Made by a program: the position numbers and the translations under genes
In this document: positions 53,511 to 64,000 of the stretch, one piece after another
Layout of the letters: each line of letters begins with the position of its first letter
Numbering within the stretch: the stretch's first letter is position 1
Notes under the pieces: generated by a model
Databases searched by the model: none
What the model saw: the letters and a program-made list of their open reading frames with translations, nothing else
Told to the model about the DNA's origin: nothing
Assembly (NCBI GenBank): GCA_965649825.1
Contig: OZ287694.1
Coordinates: 743,197 to 807,196, forward strand
Direction: 5' to 3'
Source of the DNA: Penicillus capitatus
Lineage: Eukaryota > Plantae > Chlorophyta
DNA length: 64,000 bases

Positions 53511-55897
53511 TCGCGTTCGACGGCCACTCAGACGAACAGCGAGCGGATTGGGAGGGACGCTGGAGAGTATGTTCGTTCGCTTGCCGATGACGACAGGCGG
53601 CATATGTTCGTTCGTTTGTACGATAAACATGACGAAGCGTCGACGTCTTGGCATGCAGCACAGGCGATGGATGCACGTACTGTTCTACAGCCTGCGACGG
53701 CAACACATCTTGTCGTCAATTTCGCCCTCTGATGGCAATGTATGGAGAGCAGGATGGAGTGAGACCCTGGGAAATAAAGGGCCTTCTCTGTCGAGGGCAA
53801 TTGGACGACAAGCTGCTCCAGGAGCCTGTTTCGAACAACGGTCCAGAAATGTCGATCAATGAACGAAGCACGAAATTCTAAACCAGCTGCAGGACTTCAC
53901 AGCAGCCAGTGAGATTGCCGAAGCATGCCGTCGCTGTCATCACGGCAGTTTTCTGCTCCTGCAATCTGTTGCCGCTCTGTGCTTATGTTTCTTTCTTCTG
54001 TATTATGAGTGTAAAGTACCTGGAATCTGATCTCGATCGGGAAAGAGAGGAGCATCGTCGGGCTGGTCGTACGCTGCACATCCTCAGGGTGTACCTTTGC
54101 GTTTAGCTGTTCGGCCTTACGACAGGTACCCACGCATCCGTTGTCATGATCTATGCATCCGGGTTACGTTCTTACACTCAATTGCCGAGCTGCCGATCGC
54201 AGACTGTCTGAGAGGAAAACGACCTTTCCTGCGGATACCCGTATGCATCGACTGGCACAACGCTGTGGCCTAACATCTGACAAGAGCGTCGTCTATTTAT
54301 CCATGCTAAACCGCGGAGTCTGATCAGGGGGAGGTTCTGATGTGCAGTCGACTAGGCTGGGAGCACTTAACAAAACAGTCGCAACGAACTCAGACCATGA
54401 CCAAATGAAAACAGAGTCATCTTGACACCCGACAGGAAGATGTCTCTAGCACCTAGTCGAACAGCTTGAATAGAGACTAGAACGAGATTTGAATCCGCCC
54501 GCCATGAAATAGGAATCAACTGAGCTTCGTTAAGGGGAGAGGGTTCACCCATTCATACTAACTAGCATACATGTCGAATCAGGGCCTCATGTGTTGTAAG
54601 AAAAACTGGAAGACTGCGTCGAAGGATCGCGATGGTACGGTTCCAGTGATACGAGCTCGATGTCTCCGCAGGGATATGAGAGTTCACTCACCAGACTCTC
54701 CCACGAGTCGAGGATTCCGAAAGTGTAATGCACATCAGCCGTCTTTTCATCACGACTGTCGCGACGACTGTTGTTGCTTTTTCGATGAGCGAGCGGCTCT
54801 TGGAAGCGATGCACTTGGACGGCGGAATCTCGGCTAGAAAACAAAGAGTTGAGATGGGTGATTTCAATGCGGCAGCAAAGCTTGCCTTGACAGTAGATGG
54901 GAGGCAGAGGGAATGGCAAGTTGGTGTCTCGCAAAGATATCCGAGTCAGTGAGGAATCGATTGCATCGTTTGATTTCTCCGACTGAGACGTTGTACTTAA
55001 CGGCGAGTCCAGCTATGGTATCACACAAGCGGACCTGTACAGGCGACCTTCGCCTTTAGCCTGAGGCCGACGCAGGAATGGAGAAACCGTATGCAGAAGA
55101 GTGCCATTGTCGTGGTCTTCAGAGGAGACGGGAGAACAGGTGGATGAAGAGGCGGTAAAGGAACCATCGGTGGACATATCCAAAAGTGGACGACATTCAA
55201 ATGCACTTCATTTTCGGCATCTTGACCTGAATGGAGTCCTTCCTTAAGAACGGCCGACGACGGCACCGTAGGCGATGCCCTGCACAGCCGTAGACACACC
55301 TGAGTCCTGTGCAGGTCATGTAAGGAGACTTCGATATACCATAACAGAAATGCGTGATCCGTATATAACGTGATAAGGCTTTGTCTTTTAAGCACTCTGC
55401 GTGTATAGAGAGTACTGGCGCGGTGATTTGACAGGCGAAGATGGGTTACTCCAGTAGCACATGGCGTGTGCAAAGAGAAGCGGATGTACGAGTCTAAACG
55501 ATGCTAGAGTTTCTTCGACGCGTTGTCAAGATTCGATACTCTATTCCCTTAGAAAATGAGTCAATAAGAGGGTGGATGGTCGTCGTACCGTCAGGTCACC
55601 ACCGACTGCCTATGCGCGTACGTGCTGCCTGCCGTCTACGGCATCCAACAACGGCAATGACGATCCTGGCGTCGGTTTGTTACTCTTCTTCGATTTCATA
55701 AGTGCGAAAGCACGCGTCTGTTGTCTCCAGCTAAGAAAGAAACTCAACGTTGCGCCGTCCATGTCTCTGTCGACGAATCTCCTGTCTCGCGAAAATGATG
55801 CCATCCATCAGCTCTATGTTTTAGAATTGCGTGTGTTCGTTCGTTGGTTTGTTCGTTCGTTCGGACATCGTGCCAGAAAGTAGTTGACTGCGGCTGA

Positions 55898-56533
55898 ATG
55901 GAGTTGGAAACGTCTTTGAAGAAATTGTCGCGCCGCGAATTGCAATCCCTTGCGAAGCGCTGCGGCGTCCGAGCCAATTCAAAGTCAACACAGATCGTTG
56001 CAGAAATGCTAACCTTCTGCAAGAACACGCTCAAAGCGACGCCGCTCTTCGGCGATCTCCTCTTCCCCAAGAGACCTCCCACGACGACGGAGGACGAACC
56101 CAGAGCCTCACTCGTCGTTTACGAAAACAACGCTTTTCAAGACAAGCCCGTTGAGAAACCGGAGCCGAACGACGACGATACGGATGTCAAGTCGAATGGC
56201 GTTTCGGATGAAGTGGCGAAAGCGTATCGCGATGGAAAGGAACGCGGCATCTGGTTTGGAAGAATGTACCAGAAGCTTGACGATCTCGAAGATCAATGGA
56301 AGAGCTACCTCGCCCAGCCAAAGCGCCGCCGGGGCCTGAGGCAAAAGGAGAATCGCACGGGGTCCCTCCCGAAGAAATCGCGTCAGGCGAAGACACCTGG
56401 TCCGAAAGGAAGGCATTCGCCGAGGCGCATTCGAAAGCGAGAAGTCAAACGCGTTCGGACGCGAACGCCACTGAGTGTACGTAAGAAGACGATCGGGAAG
56501 GGCAGAAGCCAGATCAAGCGTCGTCCGTTATGA
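55898..56533 (+). CDS. Intronless basic protein with a SAP/HeH-like N-terminal motif
   Basis: LKKLSRRELQSLAKRCGVRANSKSTQIVAEML followed by a Lys/Arg-rich C-terminus. Confidence 0.7.
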   Translation: MELETSLKKLSRRELQSLAKRCGVRANSKSTQIVAEMLTFCKNTLKATPLFGDLLFPKRPPTTTEDEPRASLVVYENNAFQDKPVEKPEPNDDDTDVKSNGVSDEVAKAYRDGKERGIWFGRMYQKLDDLEDQWKSYLAQPKRRRGLRQKENRTGSLPKKSRQAKTPGPKGRHSPRRIRKREVKRVRTRTPLSVRKKTIGKGRSQIKRRPL

Positions 56534-56538
56534 CGTCA

Positions 56539-58257
56539 TTATGCGATCCCGTTGTACAAAAGGCGTTTCGGGATCTTGACGACAGAATGAAATAACCGGT
56601 AGTCAATGTGTCCATGCGATATATCTGTCTCCCATGGACCGTTATCGATGCGTCGCTCCATCTTCTGTGGCTTCTGTTCGTCGTTGTATCCACCGATGAC
56701 GTAGAGATCGTCGTGCAGAAAAGTGGCGGCGGCGTCTTTTCGACAGGCGATCATGTTGCTGCACGATCGCCACGAACGCTTTGGTGTATCGAAGACATCG
56801 ATCAAGGCGGTGGCCCCTCGACCGTAGTCGCCACCGACAGCATAGACGTCCAATCCACGCACGGCTCCGGTGAGAAATCCACGGGGATTCGTCATCTCGC
56901 CGACCTTCTGCCATTTGCTCTACGAAACAGTCATCGCAACGGTGGGCGGTATGTAGCAAAGGATAGCGACCTCGCGCGGATCGTACTGCTCGACGTCTTT
57001 GACGGCGCGGCCACGTTCATCGAATCCACCAAATGCAAAGAGAACATGACGCTCCGGCATCGCAACGAGGGAATGGCGCCACCTTTGTGGGATAACGCCT
57101 TTGAATTCTGAGTTGGAACGGGATGGATGCCGACCTCGGGTACTGCAATGTTGGAAGAGGTACCCAACGATCGCCTCCCGGATCGTACAGGTCTGCGAGA
57201 TTTCGGACGCTTGCTAACTGACCCACAGCGTAGAGCTTGCCATTGAGGGCCGTCGATACGACACCTTCCCTCGCCACAGGCATCGACGATCCCGTTGACC
57301 ACCGCTCTGTGTGTCACAGACACAAGCGATGATGCTATTGAAAGAAGGTCATTTCAAACATACCTGAACGGAAGCTGTAAGATCGAACGGTGCCGATCGG
57401 CGTGCTCTTCTCCATTCCGCCGATCAGAACGAGCATCTCCGCCACAACAGCTGCCCCGCCCCACACAAATGACGCACCTGTATGCCTCACTTCTTTCCTT
57501 TGCGTTTGGAGGAAGAGTCGGGCAGACCGAGAGGAAAGCTCAAGATCGGTGCCCATGAAGACGTCTCCAAATGAAAGGCATCCACTTGCGCACACGCATC
57601 ACTCTCAACAGCCTCGAAGGAATGCGGAATGCCGCCGACGATGGCGAGCCTCGCGGCTTCTGGGACACACGGTACAGATCGCCCTCTCGATGTCTCGCCG
57701 CCACGAGTAAAGGGAGGAGCATAACGACGGGAATGCTCTTGATACTCTTCATCGGCTATCTCCGCTGTCGGCAGCTGCGTCGCCGTCTCTTGTTGCTGAG
57801 AAGACGATGCCGGACACCACTTGGGTGACATCTCTCTCCCATCGCCTGCGCGACTGTCCTGGATCCACGTCTCTGTACTGTGCTCCGATGGCATGGCGTT
57901 CGTGACGGAGGGTACGGAAGTGCTTGTCGTTTCTTCCTCTCCGAAGGATTCTCGAAAAAACGCATTGAATAGACCCAAACGCGTTTTGGTGATCTCTTCT
58001 TTGCTGTGCTCGATCTCGACATCCACGCGCATCAGGGCATCGCTCACATCGGCCTTCTCTTTGAGGCGTTCCTCATGTGAACGTGTCTCGGCGTCAAGGA
58101 CGCCGTCCGGCTCCGTCTGGACCGCCACGTCAAAGTATCTCCTATTCGACACCGAACGGCAATTTGCATAACGCGCTGCTCTCTCGGTTAAAGTCGCCGT
58201 TGTTAAATAGCTTGTGTGCGCTGGTAGTGGCCGTCCTTTCACATCGTGTTCTGACAT
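56539..58257 (-). CDS. Kelch-repeat protein with an N-terminal coiled/low-complexity region; further upstream exons likely (to ~58900)
   Basis: GG-containing kelch units: LAIVGG, MLVLIGG, REGVVSTALNGKLYAVG, VYAVGGDYG...W, LYVIGGYND. Confidence 0.8.
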
Positions 58258-58999
58258 CTCGTGCGACCCAAGTGCATCGCAGTGCCGCAGATACGGAAAA
58301 TGGGGATCGTATACAGACAGCGACGTACGTCCCTTTGTCGTCGATCAACATGTCGTCCTCTTTCGAAGGCAACCTCAAGAAAGAGACAAAACCGCATCGA
58401 TGCAATGACCGCGTCGAAGACGTCATCGAAGTGCGACGCTCGATGCGACGAAAGGCAGATAATCATCGCACACACCTCTAGGCGCTATTCGAAGGATTCG
58501 GAAACTACCGAGAAACACTCGTCCCTGCATGGAAGATCATGATGCGCTGTTTTCGATCAAAAGAAGGGTCAGGCCCTTTCACTCCTATCCACAACGGCAT
58601 ATGATGTGACCCGCCTGCAGGGAGGAACCCAATGATCCTTACATCTTTCTCACAGACAAGAATCCGTGCTACATCGATCCGGCGTCGAGGAAAAGCGACG
58701 AAGAACTCAAAGACACATGGCAGTAGTGCAGGCAGTCTATCTATCTCACTCTTTTTGAGATGCTGTCTGCGAGTGGAAAGGCCTGTCCCGTCGATGAGTG
58801 ATGGAGTCTTCGTGCGATACGCGTCTACGATGGCGATGATCGAAGGCCGTCATCAGGTTTCTTCTCACAGTCACATATGTGATGATTACTGATACAAGCG
58901 TGCTGTCTCAATACCGAGAGACGCAGCTCGCTGGTTCGATCGTATGCATACAACACAGTCGGCATCGCCGCCGTCTGTGCAGAGCCGTCCACTTCGCTC

Positions 59000-59757
59000 T
59001 CATTCTCCAAGTTCTGGTCGTGGCTTGGCAGTGAAGATAAAGTTTACGGAATCACTCAAACTCTCTCGCAGAATCTCCAGATTCGCGTCGTTGACGTACT
59101 CCATGACATCTGAATCTTTCACTCTCTGTGACCAGCCGTCACATCATCACATACCGATGTGCGCAGTGCCTTGCCTGATACCATTCGCGAATGAGCCATA
59201 ATCGCGTCGTCAAGATTCTCTCACCCAACTGTCGTCTCTCCTGCATCGCGAACGAACCAACACACTTCACACGCTCCCTTGCATCCATCCATTCACACGC
59301 ACTTTGATGAGAAGCTTACAGAAAAGGTAGCTTCGAGCCGGCGGATGCTCCACCGTGAAATTGTACAGATACCTGCGAGGCAAAGACAGACATCTCGTTC
59401 TTTCGATTACCCATCCGTTGCAGTCAGACTTGTAGTTGACCGGGTCCGTCTCTTGCAGTTGACCCAACACCGTCTTGACGGCTTTGTACGTGAACAAATC
59501 CGTCAAATGCTGCGAGGCCATGAATGGGTTCGGCGACAGGACATATGGCGGCGCACTTTCGATATATCTTCGAAGCCTTCGTGATATTGCCCGGCCATTT
59601 CTGCACGGATCTCCATACTTCGTCCGCGAGCCGTCGCTGCCGAACGGCGTCGTGTCGGGGCCGTCGCGATCGGTCGGCCCATCCACGCCACCTTGCGAGA
59701 TCCGCCATATACCGCGCGTGGGCAGCGCAGAGCCATTCGCAGCATACCCGGCATCAT
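59000..59757 (-). CDS. RbcX: Rubisco assembly chaperone RbcX with chloroplast transit peptide
   Basis: AGQYHEGFEDISK|HLTDLFTYKAVKTVLGQLQETDP...ERRQLGERILTTRLWLIREWYQ|RVKDSDVMEYVNDANLEILRESL. Confidence 0.9.
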
Positions 59758-59811
59758 TCAGCAATTGCTCCCACTTGTCGTACAAATCGTCTTAAGGCCC
59801 AGTCGGTTGTC

Positions 59812-60751
59812 ATGATTCCCCACGTGCTTTCCATTCAGTCGCACGTGGTCCATGGATACGTCGGCAATCGCTGTGCCACGTTTTGCCTTCAACGTCTCGG
59901 TATCAACGTCGATGCCGTCAATACGGTCCAGCTATCGAACCATACGGGATACCCCCATGTCAGCGGAACCACCCGAGTTGGCCCAGATCTTCTGGAGCTC
60001 TATAACGGCCTCGAAATCAATCGACTTAACCGTCACTCTCATGTACTGACGGGGTATATGGGTTCGAAGAGTGTGCTCGAAGGCGTCGGGCGTATCGTAC
60101 GGGAGGCGAAGAAGAAACAACCGGAATGTGTGTTTGTGTGTGATCCGGTGATGGGAGACAACGGCAAAGCGTATCTCCCCCCTGATCTCGTGCAGATCTA
60201 TCGAAAAGACGTGCTGCCGCTTGCCGATGTCCTTCTGCCCAATCAGTTCGAGGCGGAGCTGCTGACGGAGATGTCCATCGACGATGTCGCCTCTGCCGCT
60301 CAGGCCTGTGCCAAGATTCAAGCCATTGGGCCTAAGACAGTGGTAGACACTCGCATTTATCTCACACCTTCCAGAAAAGAGTGAGATATAGATCATCACC
60401 AGTATGCATGATCCCGAAGCGCCGGAGGGATGCATGACCCTCTATGCGAATACGAAGGAGAGCCAGAAGCCTTTGCATCCTTCGACCTTCAAGATCCATA
60501 TTCCCAAAATCGATTATGCGTTCAGAGGGACGGGCGATCTCTTTGGGGCGCTGCTCTTGGGGTTGACTGTTCAACGGCCACATGAGTTGGACTGGGCCTG
60601 CGCTCAGACGACCTCTCGACTCCATGCCCTTCTCACAAAGACGCATCGCCAGTCGAAGGGACAGCGTCCAGTCTTCCTCGAGCTCGATCTCATCGGATCC
60701 CAGGAGTGCCTGGTGACAAACCTCGAATCTTTTCCCGTCATTTCACTGTGA
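59812..60751 (+). CDS. PDXK: Pyridoxal kinase
   Basis: VLSIQSHVVHGYVGN...VNTVQLSNHTGY, VLTGYMGS, VCDPVMGDNG, LPNQFEAELLT, FRGTGDLFGALLL; intron at 60343-60391. Confidence 0.96.
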
Positions 60752-60928
60752 TGTGACGTTGCCTTGTGAACGATGGCCGGTTTATCGAATTTCTCGCATT
60801 CTTCTCCTCCGTTTGCGGTTCTGACGCGCCTGATGTGACGTCCGAGTCGAGGCACCACAAACGCGCTCTTAAATAGTTCCCTCACCTCAAGCAGCGTTCC
60901 TTTTGTCTCGTGTCTTGCACCAGACACC

Positions 60929-63900
60929 ATGCAAGTGAACGAAGCACATTTCTGCGATGAGCACGAGGCGTCCTACGATCATCGCGTCTACAACGAAAAC
61001 CAGTACAACTTTTGTCCCGTTCCTGAGAAAGGATTCGATGCGGTGCTCTTCGTCGCCATCGGCATCATCTGCACATGTCTTGCTCCGCGCAAGCACTATG
61101 CTATTCTCATGTTGATACTCGGCGCCCTCGTGCAGCTTCTCAACATCGAAGTCAATATCCGCGAACTCTCCAATGCCTTGAATCTATGGATCGGTATCTC
61201 GCCGGCCAAGATGTTCTTCTACATCTTTCTGCCGCCCCTCTTACTCGACAGCGCTGTCCGCATCGACTTCTTCATTTTCAAGAAGGTATGTCGCGTTCGC
61301 TTCGTTATGCGACGTTTGATGAGTGGCGGCTGGTCGTGGACGCTAGGTGATGCCACAAGTCTTCGTCTTCGCCTTCGGTGTCGTGGCGGCCAATACGGTC
61401 CTTCTCGCCGTATTCATGCTCTACGTCCTGAATCTGCGAAATGAGGGATGGGAATGGACAGACGCTTTTCTCTTCGCCTGTATGATTGCCAGTACAGATG
61501 CCTTGGCAGTGACGGCGATCATGAAAGATGGAGCTGGGCCGGAGAATCTCATCATCTTGGCAGAAGGAGAATCTCTCTTCAATGACGCCACATCCATCGT
61601 CTTCTTCGATCTTTTCTGGCCGAGATTCAAAGACTCGATCAAAGGGGAGCTCGAACACGAATCCGTTCCGAAAGTCGTGGGGGAGATGGCGCTCGATGTG
61701 CTCTGGCTTGCATCGGGTGGGGCGTTGATCGGCTTTGGTGGTGGAATCCTCACACGTTTCCTTTTCAAATTCCTTCAGAACCAGAAAGGTCACTCTCCTG
61801 TCTCGGAGGTCGGCATCACACTTGGCATCTCGTATCTCTGCTATTACATTGCTGAAAGTCTCGTCGAAGTCTCGGGAGTGATTGCTGTCGTGGTCTACGG
61901 CCTTTACGGAGCGGCCACGACGCAATGGGACATCTCACCGGCTGCGCGAGAACAGAAAGTGTTTTCGGGTTTCTGGGACGTGGCTCAGCTGCTCACCAAT
62001 GGCATTGTCTTCTTCTATGCCGGTGCCTCGGCCACCAACTTCTTCTACAGATGTGAAGAAGATCTGTTCAATGGAGATGATAGTGATGCATGGACCTCTA
62101 TTCTGGCATGGCTCCCTGGTGTCTACGTTGGCATCTTCGTGCTGCGTTTCCTGGAGATTGCCATCGTGGCGCCGATCGTGGGATACTTTGGTTACAAACT
62201 GAGGCTCAATGAAATTGTCTTCATCGCCTTGGCGGGTCTCAGGGGAGCTCTGGCTTTGATTTTGGCACAGGAGCTGTTACAGTACGAATTCCCGGAGGAA
62301 GAGGGCAAAGATTTCGAGCAGGAGAAGAAGGTCCGAGCACAGAGCGCCCTGTGGGTTTGCGGTTTCGTCCTGCTGACGCTTCTGATCAACGCTCCCGGAA
62401 TTCCCTTCCTCTTAAAGTTCTGCGGCCTTCAGAGTCTCTCGCCCCTTCAGTTGAAGTACAGAAAGAAGAGTGAAGATGCCCTTCTTGAATACACACGTGC
62501 GACCATTGACGATATGAAAGTCGATTCCGCCGCCGTCATGCGTGGCATCAACTGGAAGCTGGTCGAAGACTTCATCTACAACCATCCAGATGAGCCCCGT
62601 GGCGACGAGGTCACTCCTAGCAGGACTGGAAATACCGCGAATGGGGCGAGACAAGGTCGAGTGGACGATCGCTGGTTGCTGGTCGAATCCCTCAGTCAAC
62701 CGCCTTCGATTCCGACCTCGAGTGCAATCCAAACGCGACGCAAGTCGTTGGATGACCAGTACAAAGCGACGCCGACAGACGAGGCGCCGTTCGGTGGAAG
62801 CTACCGCGAACAGGCTTCGCTTCTGGGACAACAGGAAGAGGGACGCAAGACAGAACCGATGATCTCGACAGGAACGGGCCATGAGACAGGCAGCTCTGCC
62901 ATGTCGGGACAGAAGAAGACAAACTGTGTGATTGTGGTCTACCACAACGGCAATGACTTCAACATGTTGCAGCAGGCACTTGAGCTGCCATCGAATATCA
63001 AGGTTTTCATGGAGAGAGCCGAATTCCCTGCCAAGGAGTCAACGCAGAAATTCTTTGCCTCGACGGGATCATACTTCAATCTCCATCGCAGAAACGTGGA
63101 TCTCACAACCTTGTGGCCGGAACCGGCATCAGCCGGGCAGCCATCGAGTCGAGAATCTAGAATCGTTGTCCGTCCGACGGCTCAGAAAAAAGACGCACTC
63201 ACGGGCTCGAGTCTGAGCAGAGGACTGCTGGAGGCAGATATGTCGGGACACGATGATGATCAAGACTCAGCGAGAAACCTCGTTCTGACCGAAGCGCGTT
63301 TCCGTATGTTGATGGGACTGAAGAAATACTTCCAGCAACGCCGCACCAATGGTTATCTCTCTGCACAGGTAAATTCTTGTCACGAGGTGAAAATGTGTGA
63401 GATGGCGGCGCATAGGCTTTGCGATTGCTGGAATGGGCGTGCGATTACAACATGGAAGAGCCGGAGATTCCGTTACACGTCTGGGATCTGATCGCCAAAG
63501 ATATCAAGAATCGTTTCCTGATCAAACTCGCTTTCAAAGTGCGTTACTTCTTGAGAAAGGCAGATGTTGCGATGAAAGGATGGCCGGACTTCCTCGAAAG
63601 AATTGCCACTCCAATTCTGAAATACACTGCCAGGGGACTCACTGTCCTGCTTGCTGGTGATCTGCATCTGGCTGTCGAATCGGCCATTGAGTACTGGATT
63701 GCACTGAATGCCTATCGGACGCACTCGTCTTGGCTGGTCAACGCAGAGACGTCACAGGATCTGGCAGCCGAGATCCGTGATCAGGCCCAGATGGTCTGGT
63801 CTTTCATCGTGGATCGCGAAATCGAGTCGCCCGATCGATTCGAGGCCATTCAGACCTTCCGTGCAAAACGCGCCATTCTCTACTCTCAAATCGGATTTGT

Positions 63901-64000
63901 GGACGAGCTCTTCGAATGCGGTCTGCTGGAAGAAGTGGAACACGAGCACCTGAAGCACGCGCTGGAATTGAAGAGAGCCCATCTGAGCAAAACCGGCGCC
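60929..64000 (+). CDS. SOS1: SOS1/NHX7-type plasma-membrane Na+/H+ antiporter; continues beyond the window
   Basis: FFYIFLPPLLLDSA, MIASTDALAVTAIM, AEGESLFNDATS, VSGVIAVVVYG, LAGLRGALALILA, LTLLINAP, and a long cytosolic tail. Confidence 0.9.

Noticed and set aside
54300-55800. Possible genes in ORFs 54587-54934, 54728-54952 and 55021-55473
   Set aside because: No recognisable motifs and no consistent exon chain could be built, so they are left unannotated.

Overview
Compact eukaryotic nuclear DNA from a green alga (chlorophyte-like). Evidence: RbcX with a transit peptide, PPR and mTERF genes, the IFT dynein light chain TCTEX1D2, SOS1, and EDM2- and TT9-like genes. The standard genetic code applies. 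About 30 tightly packed genes carry short (~47-65 nt) spliceosomal introns. No rRNA, tRNA, CRISPR array or viral hallmark gene was seen. All exon structures were inferred by hand from GT/GC-AG boundaries and family motifs, so ends are approximate where stated. The most unusual observations are: (1) a recurring TCACTCTT/AAGAGTGA motif, often forming a hairpin, in introns of unrelated genes and in both orientations; (2) at least seven GC-AG introns alongside very degenerate GT donors; (3) a tandemly duplicated head-to-head module of an unknown Cys-rich 148-aa protein and an 82-aa ubiquitin-like protein ending GG-C-x-M, where the Cys-rich copies are near-identical but the UBL copies are only ~46% identical; (4) a divergent ABCC pair in which one paralogue has a degenerate signature motif and an expanded acidic loop; (5) gene-poor AT-richer stretches with probable decayed transposon relics.
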